Below are positions 1-7,976 of a stretch of DNA of 64,000 bases, piece after piece. Under the pieces are notes generated by a model, which was not told the origin of the DNA, ran no database searches, and worked only from the letters and a program-made list of their open reading frames with translations. A program made the position numbers and the translations under genes. The stretch's first letter is position 1. Each line of letters begins with the position of its first letter. The stretch comes from an uncultured Verrucomicrobiota bacterium (lineage in GTDB: Bacteria > Verrucomicrobiota > Verrucomicrobiia > Limisphaerales > CAIYYI01), in NCBI GenBank assembly GCA_903930345.1, contig CAIYYI010000230.1, positions 9,689-73,688 on the forward strand, written 5' to 3'.

Positions 1-756
1 GGTGCCCTGCTGCAGCGCCATGTCCGACTCCTGCCGGTTGTAGCTGTCGAGCATGTAGGATAGGCTGGTGCTGGCGTTGTTCTGGCGTTCATTCTGCATG
101 TCAAAGGCCAGAGTGCTTTCCCGTAGTGTGCTGGGGCGGGTGAAACCGGTGATGTCTTCCTCCAGGCGGGTGTAGTTCACGTGAAAGGGTAGGACCCCCT
201 CCGTGTAGCCGATCTGCCCGCCGTAACGCCGGTTGTCCACCGTCACGCGGTTGAAAAAGTCAAACTGGCGGAAGTTATGGTCCTTTTCCGCAAATATTCT
301 GGTTGCATACGGCTTTTCCTGAAGCAGTTGCAAGGATGTCTGGTATCGTTCCAGAAATCTGATTTTGGACTCCGTGCCAGAAAGGGTCAGGCCTACCGGC
401 TGATTTATGCTTTGCTGCTGCCAGCTCAGGCCATCCTCCAGCCTGACGTTGAACAGGGCCAGGTTGGGATGGTAGATGGAACCCTGCATGCCCAGATTCA
501 GCATGGGGGCCACGTACAAATAGCTGCGCTCCATGGTGCCCGGGCTGTCTTTGCGGCTGCGTATCTCTTTTTCCCCCTCCACTTCCAGTCCCAAACTGGT
601 CTCCGTGAATTGCATCCGCATCCACTGGAACTGATCCTCTTCCTCAGGCGGTTGCGCTGGGGCAATCACCACCGCATTGACCAGGAATGCCAGACACAAG
701 CTGAACCACCTTCGCCGCCACGCATTGGTTGCTGGCCTTTTCATTCTGAAGGTCAT
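1..756 (-). CDS. Putative outer-membrane beta-barrel/porin-like protein (porin-cytochrome complex type); partial, runs off the window edge
   Basis: Not in the ORF track. ATG at 756-754 overlaps the TGA of the NHL gene (ATGA coupling). The frame stays open to position 1: MTFRMKRPATNAWRRRWFSLCLAFLVNAVVIAPAQPPEEE...LNLGMQGSIYHPNLALFNVRLEDGLSW...LQLLQEKPYATRIF...GQIGYTEGVLPFHVNYTRLEE. It has a signal peptide and alternating amphipathic beta-strand-like segments. Confidence 0.75.
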   Translation of the reverse strand, partial: MTFRMKRPATNAWRRRWFSLCLAFLVNAVVIAPAQPPEEEDQFQWMRMQFTETSLGLEVEGEKEIRSRKDSPGTMERSYLYVAPMLNLGMQGSIYHPNLALFNVRLEDGLSWQQQSINQPVGLTLSGTESKIRFLERYQTSLQLLQEKPYATRIFAEKDHNFRQFDFFNRVTVDNRRYGGQIGYTEGVLPFHVNYTRLEEDITGFTRPSTLRESTLAFDMQNERQNNASTSLSYMLDSYNRQESDMALQQGT

Positions 757-1919
757 TGGCTCTGCCCGAAACCATAGACGCTGACTTTCCTGCTCCCGTA
801 CTGGTTGACGGCCAGAACCAGATACTCCAGCTTGAAGTTGGGGGCGGCATATTTCTGGAAGTAAGCCAGATGATCGTAATCGATGATGACCTGGGTGGGC
901 AGATCAAGCGGGACTGCACTCCCGCCGCTTTCGCCGAAGAACATCAGGACCTGCCCCTCCGGATTGAAAATCTGGATCACCTGGGCGGCGGCGTCCACCA
1001 CGTAGAGTCGTCCTTCACGGTCCACCGCCACGCCCTTGGGCCGCGCAAATTCCCCGGGCCGATCCCCTGAGCGTCCATAGGCGCGCAGGAATTTTCCCTC
1101 CGCGTTGTATTTTTTGACGAAAAAACCACCCATGTCAGACACGTACAACTGGTTCTGGGAGTCCAGAGCCAGGTTGGCGGGGGCGAATAATTTGGCCGAT
1201 GCATCCTGTCGGTCGCGTGGGATCTGAAACAGTGGTTGACGGTTGGTCTTGGTGTACACCTGAACGCAGTTGTTGTTCAGATCCGTCACATAGAGGCGAT
1301 CGCTCGAAATCGCCACATCCGTGGGCCAGATGGGCTTGAGTGTTCCTGGCGTTGCCGCAGCATTCGTTTGCCATTTGGCATCCCCTGCCGATTTCTCCCC
1401 GATGGCACCCAACAACGTTTCGTCAGTCGCGAAAATGAGGATTTGATTGTGGCCGCGGTCCGCCACATAACGGGTGCCGTCCTGATCCAGGCGGATGTTG
1501 ATCGGCGTGTGCAGGAACTTGTCGATCGTCGAATCAAGGTAGTAGAGTTTCCTTAGCCCCAGATCCAAAATGGAAATGCCGCGGCGGCCGGTGTCGCTGA
1601 CGAAGATTTTTCCGTCCCACAAGGCCAGTCCATAAGGCTTGAACAGTGACCGTTTGGGCGCTTCCTTTCCCACCAGGAACCGCGCAAATTTGTTCGGGGC
1701 CGCGCCCAAGTCCCCGTCATCGGAAAAGCTGGTCAAATACTGCAGGCGTGGTTCTGCGGGTGCCGGGGGGTAGAATATGGGCGCGGCGACCGGAGTTTTC
1801 TTTTTTGCGCCCGGTTTGGCTTCGGCTGCTGGCAAAGCCTTGGGTTGGATCAGACCAAATGACAAGACCGCGACCACAAGCCATCCGGTCAGCCGCTGGC
1901 TGATTTTGGGTGTTCTCAT
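753..1919 (-). CDS. NHL-repeat beta-propeller protein, exported
   Basis: Signal peptide followed by repeated P-x-(G/N/D)-(L/V/I)-A-(L/V)-D...(L/I)YV-x-D motifs (e.g. FARPKGVAVDREGRLYVVD). ATG at 1919; the track's start at 1922 is TTG. Confidence 0.9.
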   Translation of the reverse strand: MRTPKISQRLTGWLVVAVLSFGLIQPKALPAAEAKPGAKKKTPVAAPIFYPPAPAEPRLQYLTSFSDDGDLGAAPNKFARFLVGKEAPKRSLFKPYGLALWDGKIFVSDTGRRGISILDLGLRKLYYLDSTIDKFLHTPINIRLDQDGTRYVADRGHNQILIFATDETLLGAIGEKSAGDAKWQTNAAATPGTLKPIWPTDVAISSDRLYVTDLNNNCVQVYTKTNRQPLFQIPRDRQDASAKLFAPANLALDSQNQLYVSDMGGFFVKKYNAEGKFLRAYGRSGDRPGEFARPKGVAVDREGRLYVVDAAAQVIQIFNPEGQVLMFFGESGGSAVPLDLPTQVIIDYDHLAYFQKYAAPNFKLEYLVLAVNQYGSRKVSVYGFGQSQ

Positions 1920-2047
1920 CAAGGTTTTAGCAGAGTCGTTAAGATTCTCTGGGGCAGTATCCTAGGAGGGTTACTGCATCCGGGCGCACGAGTTTGCGAT
2001 AGTGTTCTTGAGTGCTTGATCACGTCGTTGCAGTGGCATGTTAAACC

Positions 2048-2086
2048 GGGGGAAGAGGGTGGCCAACTATGCCACCCTCCCCCCCC
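2048..2086 (-). terminator. GC-rich stem-loop downstream of the tetraheme cytochrome gene (partial terminator or mRNA-stabilising hairpin)
   Basis: GAGGGTGGC-caactat-GCCACCCTC, extended by G/C runs. Only a short T run follows on the minus strand. Confidence 0.45.
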
Positions 2087-2135
2087 TCGATCAGAGAGGT
2101 AATTCGCCGAAAACAACCGGTATTGTCAGCCCCGG

Positions 2136-2771
2136 TTACTTGATGTGGCATTTCAGGCACAGCGCGCTGCCAGTGTTTGCCATGCGTAGAAAGGGAGGGA
2201 ATTCATTGTTGTGGACCTGGTGGCAGGAAGCACATTCTACTTTGCCCGCAAACAGCGGAACCTTGCCTAGAGCATCCACCTTGCTGGCCGAGGTTGGTGA
2301 GACCAAGGCTCCATCGTCGCCAGCCAGTTTGGCATCGTAGAGAAAGGAGATGGGGTGGTCATTGGATAAATCGGTTCCCACCACGTTGGTGCCGGTCATG
2401 GGCGGTTGGGTTCCACTTTTTCCGCCAAACGAATCCATGGCGACCGTGCCATCATGGCAGCTCAGGCAGAGTTTGGAGGAACTGCTCGGAGAGCCAACGA
2501 CTGCGTTTAGCGTCGGGCTGACCGTGGCATCATATACCTTGAATGCGACCGTCGATGTCACTTTGTGGTTCCACAAAGGAGCATCCTTGACGGTGGTATC
2601 AGAATTGTGCGGCGTGTGGCAGAAGATGCAGAGTTCATCGGTGCCCCAGCCTTTGACCGAGAGATCGTGCTTGGTGCCAGATATGCCTGCCGCCGCCTGC
2701 AGGGCGGTGGGGGTTGCTGCCAGCAGCGCCAAGGCTGCGGTTAACATCAATAATTGCTTTACGTTTTTCAT
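2136..2771 (-). CDS. Tetraheme c-type cytochrome, OmcE-like (cytochrome nanowire family)
   Basis: Signal peptide and four CxxCH motifs (CIFCH, CLSCH, CASCH, CLKCH). The motif string TKHDLS..CxFCHTPHN..PLWN..CxSCHDG..GTDLSNDHP..PLF..ECxSCHxVHxN..PFLR..GSxLCLxCHxK matches the G. sulfurreducens OmcE sequence as recalled. Confidence 0.85.
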   Translation of the reverse strand: MKNVKQLLMLTAALALLAATPTALQAAAGISGTKHDLSVKGWGTDELCIFCHTPHNSDTTVKDAPLWNHKVTSTVAFKVYDATVSPTLNAVVGSPSSSSKLCLSCHDGTVAMDSFGGKSGTQPPMTGTNVVGTDLSNDHPISFLYDAKLAGDDGALVSPTSASKVDALGKVPLFAGKVECASCHQVHNNEFPPFLRMANTGSALCLKCHIK

Positions 2772-2816
2772 ACTTGGATTGGGTTTTGGTTCGGTTGAAT
2801 CATGCTGATGCTGAGA

Positions 2817-3326
2817 TTACGGTGCTTGTTTGGGGCGGGTTCGCGGTGCGCGTTTGGCTGGCTTCGGTGCGGTTTTTTCCACGGTTTGTGCATGGCAACG
2901 GGCTTCGGTCCGCTTGTCCAGACCGGCAATGCCGTTGGTAATGACTTCCGCCAGAGTGGCGTTCGTCATTGCTTCACGAAGCCGTCCTTTGGTTTCTGTC
3001 CAGAGGTCATGGGTGGGACAGATATGTTGTGAGTTGCACTCCCTCAGGCCCAGCAGGCACCCGCCCAACCATGATTTTCCCTCCACCGCCTCCACGATCT
3101 CTATCAAGGCGATGTCTTCCGCTGGCCGCGCCAGACCAATGCCGCCGCTGTGCCCTCGTTTGGTGGTCACCAAGTTCTTTTTGGTCAACAGGTTGATGAT
3201 TTTGGCGAGGTATGGCTTCTGAATGCCCGTGAGGTCCGCCACCTCCCGGATCAATAGAACCCGGTCGGTGCTCAGACAACTGAGCGCGTGGATGGCATAG
3301 CCGGTGGTTTGTGACAAGCTAAGCAT
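2817..3326 (-). CDS. Rrf2-family transcriptional regulator with IscR-like Fe-S ligands
   Basis: Winged-HTH Rrf2 pattern (YLAKII..L...LV...RG.SGG..LARPAEDI.L.EIVEAVEG) and C-x6-C-x5-C-x2-H (CLLGLRECNSQHICPTH). Confidence 0.9.
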   Translation of the reverse strand: MLSLSQTTGYAIHALSCLSTDRVLLIREVADLTGIQKPYLAKIINLLTKKNLVTTKRGHSGGIGLARPAEDIALIEIVEAVEGKSWLGGCLLGLRECNSQHICPTHDLWTETKGRLREAMTNATLAEVITNGIAGLDKRTEARCHAQTVEKTAPKPAKRAPRTRPKQAP

Positions 3327-3357
3327 GTTGACTCGTGCCTTTAAATACCAAAGAGGA

Positions 3358-3395
3358 CTTGATTATCAAGATTAAAGATGATAAATCCGTCATCT
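3358..3395. promoter_or_regulatory. Candidate operator palindromes in the divergent rrf2/cytochrome promoter region
   Basis: CTTGAT-T-ATCAAG (3358-3370) and AGATGA-N8-TCATCT (3376-3395) in an AT-rich intergenic region, 30-70 bp upstream of the rrf2 start. Confidence 0.45.
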
Positions 3396-3527
3396 AACGA
3401 CACTGTGATCCAAACTTTGCTGAAGCTGGCGGTAAACGCGTGACATCCTATGCTTCCATTGCACCGGTTGAAACGGGCTTAACTGAGCCTCGTCCGGGGA
3501 AACCATTCGCTTAAACATAAGACACAC

Positions 3528-5999
3528 ATGTTGAGGCAGATTTCATTCCATCGTCTCGTTAGCCGACCGTCTTTCCCGTCCCTGTTCTTGTTTCTGACCC
3601 TGGTCATGGTCAGCCTGGTGGTTGCCAGTGACCCTCCTCACGACGAGGATTGTGTAGCGTGTCACCTGACCCACAACTCCCTCGGGGGAGGTTTGGGGAG
3701 CGTGGCGGGCAATGCCAATTTGTGCATCAGTTGCCACAATTCGAAGGGAACGGCTTCCGCCAAGTCCTTTGCGGACAGCCAACAGGCCTTGTCCTGGCCA
3801 GGTCTTCCGGTGGGAACCAACGCCATGGGGACATCTCACCGCTGGGATGTGGGCATGGTCGGTCGCATTCAATTTTTGGGAGGTGCGGCGATACGTTCCA
3901 CCGGAACCATCAAGCCAGCCGGTTCATACACTGGGGTTTATCCAAAAACCTACACCCTCACGATTGCCACCGCCGGGAATGTGAATGGGGCCCGTTTCAA
4001 TTGGTCGGCCACCACCCCCGGGGGGGGGAGTGGAGCTCTGGTTCTGGCCCGAGCCAACGTGACCTTGAACGAGGGGATCTTCGTTTCCTTTAGTAACAGC
4101 GTTGATGCTGTTAACGCGTTTCAGGTGGGCGACACATGGAACATCTACGTGCGATCTGATCTTCGCAATCCGACCAATTCGGCCATGTTGACCCGGTTGG
4201 ATAATGGCCGGGTCACTTGTTCCACCTGCCACGATGCGCACAGTCAGGCCGATGCGCCCTTCGACCCCAAAGCCCCGGCCTATGCCGGGGTGGGCACGGG
4301 GACCGGACGGCATTTCATGCGCATCAGCAACAACGTGGAACAAATGTGCGTGGATTGCCATGCCGTGCGGAATGTGACCAATTCCGTTGCCGGTTCGCAT
4401 CCGGTGGGCATGGTGTACGCCACCAACGCCTTCTACAAATTCACCACCAATCTGCCGTTGGAAAAAGTGACCGGCAAAATCAGGTGTCTCACCTGCCACA
4501 AGATCCATTTTGCCCCCTCCAACGATGGTGATCTGCTGGTGATGACCAATGCCACCGCCATGTGTGCCGAATGCCACACCCTGGCCGACCGAACCTCTCC
4601 GGCAGTCCACCTCAGTGCCACGAATGGAATGACCCTTTGGCCCGGTGGCCAATATGGTGGCACTTTCCCACAGCGCACCAACGCGAGCGATCGGGGCAGT
4701 TGCATGAATTGCCATGATCCCCACGGGTGGCCGGATACGGCGAATCCCACCACCCATTACCCCAAGCTGCTCGTGGATCAGGAGGAAAACCTCTGCTATG
4801 CCTGCCACGATGCCAATGGACCGGCCCTGAAGAATGTGAAGGATGATTTTGCCAAAGCCAGGCGGCATCCGATCGGGGATTCCGATTCCCTTCGCCGGGC
4901 CGGGCGCTCGGTTGAATGCAGTGATTGCCATAACACCCATCGGGCCATGGTTGGATCGCATGTTTATACCAATACCGCCACCGCCACCCGGAACCTCATT
5001 AGCAACCCGCTCAAAGGGGTGTCGGGTGTGTCGGTGAATTACACCGGTTTGGGGAATTTTGTGGCCCCCACAACGAATCTGTACACGGCTATCCCCAAAT
5101 CGGTGGGGGCCACCTACGAGTACCAGATTTGCTTCAAGTGCCATACCGCCTATTCATTCGGGAGCACACCCCCTCCGGGACTTTCCCCTGTTTACAGCAC
5201 CGGGACGGCCTCGTTCACCACCGGATCAACCAACGTCGTCGGTGCCTCCACAACTTGGAGGGCATCCATGGTGGGAATGTGGATCGTGCTGACGAGTGAT
5301 CCAACCAATGCCTATCGCATAACGGTGGTGACCAGCACCACCAGCATGACGGTGACCCCGGCCTTTGCGGGTGCCTCGGTTGCCGGCCAGGCTTACACCA
5401 TCGTGGGCGGAACCGACGTGGCCCAGGAGTTCAGCCCCATGAACCGGTCGGGGCACCCGATCATGACCGGCCTGGACAACTATCCCAATTCCACTGCTGT
5501 TTCAGGCAAAAAAGGGCTTTTGGCTGCGGCCTTGAAGGTGCCGTGGAACAGCAGTATTGGTCAGCAGACGATGATGTGTTCTGATTGCCACAACACCGAT
5601 GGGGCCTCCCCGGCAGCGCAGGGACCGCATGGGTCAGCCGCGCAGTATATGCTGCGGGGGGCCAACGCTGCCAATTGGCCCAATATCACCCTGGCGAATT
5701 TTAACACCAGTTGGTGCGCCAACTGCCACAACAACGCCGCTGGTTCTACCCACACCCGGGGCGACCACACCGGCCGGCAATGTTACCAATGTCACATCGT
5801 GATTCCGCACGGCGGCAAGCTTTCCCGGCTCATGGCGGATCATGACACGATGCCTGGTCGATATGCCTATAACGGCACCACGAACAATCAGTACATGCAA
5901 AGTTTCACCAAAGCGACGACTGGCGGGTATGGGGAAAGCAATTGCAAGGCGCAATGTGCCAGCGAACACAGAAATCGAACGCCATCCGAAAACTGGTGA
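3528..5999 (+). CDS. Large exported multiheme c-type cytochrome (13 CxxCH)
   Basis: Signal peptide; CVACH, CISCH, CSTCH, CVDCH, CLTCH, CAECH, CMNCH, CYACH, CSDCH, CFKCH, CSDCH, CANCH, CYQCH, plus a terminal CKAQCASEH. Confidence 0.93.
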   Translation: MLRQISFHRLVSRPSFPSLFLFLTLVMVSLVVASDPPHDEDCVACHLTHNSLGGGLGSVAGNANLCISCHNSKGTASAKSFADSQQALSWPGLPVGTNAMGTSHRWDVGMVGRIQFLGGAAIRSTGTIKPAGSYTGVYPKTYTLTIATAGNVNGARFNWSATTPGGGSGALVLARANVTLNEGIFVSFSNSVDAVNAFQVGDTWNIYVRSDLRNPTNSAMLTRLDNGRVTCSTCHDAHSQADAPFDPKAPAYAGVGTGTGRHFMRISNNVEQMCVDCHAVRNVTNSVAGSHPVGMVYATNAFYKFTTNLPLEKVTGKIRCLTCHKIHFAPSNDGDLLVMTNATAMCAECHTLADRTSPAVHLSATNGMTLWPGGQYGGTFPQRTNASDRGSCMNCHDPHGWPDTANPTTHYPKLLVDQEENLCYACHDANGPALKNVKDDFAKARRHPIGDSDSLRRAGRSVECSDCHNTHRAMVGSHVYTNTATATRNLISNPLKGVSGVSVNYTGLGNFVAPTTNLYTAIPKSVGATYEYQICFKCHTAYSFGSTPPPGLSPVYSTGTASFTTGSTNVVGASTTWRASMVGMWIVLTSDPTNAYRITVVTSTTSMTVTPAFAGASVAGQAYTIVGGTDVAQEFSPMNRSGHPIMTGLDNYPNSTAVSGKKGLLAAALKVPWNSSIGQQTMMCSDCHNTDGASPAAQGPHGSAAQYMLRGANAANWPNITLANFNTSWCANCHNNAAGSTHTRGDHTGRQCYQCHIVIPHGGKLSRLMADHDTMPGRYAYNGTTNNQYMQSFTKATTGGYGESNCKAQCASEHRNRTPSENW

Positions 6000-6041
6000 C
6001 AAAGTGCGACTAATTCCCATGAGCATCCCGAAAAGCATCCC

Positions 6042-7976
6042 ATGATCGGCACTGCAAAGCGATTCCTGCGTTCGCCCCGCGTCATTGTGGCCGAGTTGGC
6101 CGGTCTGGCGCTGTTGTGCGCGCTGGGTGCCAGTCTGCCGCAGTCCGGTACGGCTACCCCGGCCGAACTCGCCCGTCTGCATGAAAGTGGCCCGTTCGTG
6201 GTGGCGCTGGTTGAAACCTTCGCGCTGGACCACATTTTTCGCAGCCCCCTTTTCATGGCGCTGACGTTGCTGTCCGCCGTCTCACTTCTCGTCATCGTCA
6301 TCGGCCAGGTGAAACGGCTTCGATCACAGTGGTTTCAGCGGCTTGGCCCCGCCCAGTTTCAGTCGGCTCCGTTCCGGGTGCAGTTTGAACGGCCAGCCAG
6401 GTTGCCCTTGGGCCAGGCGACCACCAAGGTGTGGTCGAAAAACCGCCTCGGTTTGGCTGGCTCAGCCATCTTCCATACCGGGCTGCTGCTTGTCATGCTG
6501 GCCGGGGTTTTGCGCGCTCTGTTTGGGGCGGATGCGGTCGTTGATCTGTTTGAAGGGGAGACGCTGCCTCCGACGGCCCGGGCGTGGGCGGCCCAATGGC
6601 CAGGCCTTCTGGCCAGGCCCGTCCAATTTGAGGAATCGTTGACGCTCAACCGGGTCCACGTTTCCCGCTATCCCTCCGGGGATCTGAAGGAGTTGACGGT
6701 CAACCTTGAGGCGCGCCGTCCGGAAGGCGTTGAAAAGGTCGATCTGGCGGTGAATCATGATGCTCACCTTGCGGGCCAGCGTCTTTTTCTCGGCCGCGAG
6801 TTCGGCCCAACGGTTTTTGTTGAGTGGCAGAACCACGGCGGGTCCTCTGCCCGGCAGGCCGTGCTGCTCGCGCCAGGGAACGAGGGCGTCTTTGAGGGTT
6901 GCTCCATCGGCCCGGGCAATTTGCGGGCTTACTTGCGGACCGTGGGCCGGTCGGCCGGCGACCACCCCACCACGGTGGAGGTGCGCGTGATGAAGGACAA
7001 TGCCCTCCTGTTTTCCGGGGATACGCGGGTTCAGGAATCCGTCAGCCTGTTCGGCGGGGACCGGCTGGTGTTGCATGGGGCTGCCTTCTGGGCCCGCCTG
7101 CGCGGCAGTCGTGATGGCGCGCTTTGGCTGGCTTACACCGGTTTTGCCCTGGTTCTGGCGGGCATCACCCTCATTTTTTGTGTGGTCAGGGTGGATGGCT
7201 GCCTGGTTGTCACCCCGGCGGGAGACTGGGAATCGGTTTTTCTTGCCGTGCGACCGCAGCGTTTTTCTGCAGCTTACGGTGATTATTTTCGCAGTCTCGT
7301 GCGCCAACAGGGGGGGGATCCCGGAACGGAGCTGCCACCAGGTGCCGCTCCGGCGCGTTCCCCTGATGCGGCCAAGGTTCCCACACCGATGGATGGTCCG
7401 CCGCAGCGCTCCCCGGTGGAATTAAGCGGGGCAACGCCCCGCCTGGCTGCCTGGATTTTGCTCGGGGTTTGTCTGGCTGCCCTGCCGGGATGTCAGCGGT
7501 CTTCCATGAAGGAGGCCCGGCAGCTGGTGGAGCGCTATAATCAGGTGGTGTCTGAAGCCTATCGGCGCGGGGATGTCCGGCTGATTGATCCGGTCGTTGG
7601 CCCCAATGAGGGACGGAAGCTGACCGGGTTGATCGGGGTTCGCACCGATCTGGGTATCACCTTGGATTCCCGGCTGCTCTCCCTCCTGGTCACCCATGTG
7701 GATGTGGTGGCGGACGAGATGCGGGTGCACACGAAGGAGCGGTGGCATTACCGTGATCTCAGGATCGGCACGGGCCAGCAGGTGGGGGAGGAATCACTCG
7801 ATGCCTATGAGATGCTCTACATTTTCAAACGCATCGACAAGGCGTGGCTGGTGGACGAGATTAAGTTTGCCTCGCCGCCGCAGGTGGGCCGCAAGAAAAC
7901 CCCCTGGGTTGCGGATCGCCAGGACGCGCACGCTTTGGGTGGCCCGTCCCAGGGCGGGGAGGGGAGACAGCCATGA
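6042..7976 (+). CDS. resB: Cytochrome c biogenesis ResB/CcsB-like protein fused to a C-terminal lipoprotein-like domain
   Basis: N-terminal TM helices with GASLPQ, IFRSPLF and IFHTGLL (conserved His), a large soluble domain, then TM DGALWLAYTGF. A Pro-rich linker and a hydrophobic stretch ending in LAALPGC follow. The gene sits directly before ccsA. Confidence 0.75.
   Translation: MIGTAKRFLRSPRVIVAELAGLALLCALGASLPQSGTATPAELARLHESGPFVVALVETFALDHIFRSPLFMALTLLSAVSLLVIVIGQVKRLRSQWFQRLGPAQFQSAPFRVQFERPARLPLGQATTKVWSKNRLGLAGSAIFHTGLLLVMLAGVLRALFGADAVVDLFEGETLPPTARAWAAQWPGLLARPVQFEESLTLNRVHVSRYPSGDLKELTVNLEARRPEGVEKVDLAVNHDAHLAGQRLFLGREFGPTVFVEWQNHGGSSARQAVLLAPGNEGVFEGCSIGPGNLRAYLRTVGRSAGDHPTTVEVRVMKDNALLFSGDTRVQESVSLFGGDRLVLHGAAFWARLRGSRDGALWLAYTGFALVLAGITLIFCVVRVDGCLVVTPAGDWESVFLAVRPQRFSAAYGDYFRSLVRQQGGDPGTELPPGAAPARSPDAAKVPTPMDGPPQRSPVELSGATPRLAAWILLGVCLAALPGCQRSSMKEARQLVERYNQVVSEAYRRGDVRLIDPVVGPNEGRKLTGLIGVRTDLGITLDSRLLSLLVTHVDVVADEMRVHTKERWHYRDLRIGTGQQVGEESLDAYEMLYIFKRIDKAWLVDEIKFASPPQVGRKKTPWVADRQDAHALGGPSQGGEGRQP

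Noticed and set aside
3327-3527. c-di-GMP/cGAMP (GEMM) or cobalamin riboswitch upstream of the cytochrome arm
   Set aside because: The conserved GEMM and B12-box sequences could not be found by eye; an Infernal/Rfam scan would be decisive.
3528-5999. Assignment of the 13-heme protein as OmcS, OmcZ or MtrA/MtrC, and enrichment of N-glycosylation sequons
   Set aside because: Heme count and motif spacing do not match those proteins as recalled. The N-x-S/T frequency seems explainable by the Asn/Thr/Ser-rich composition.
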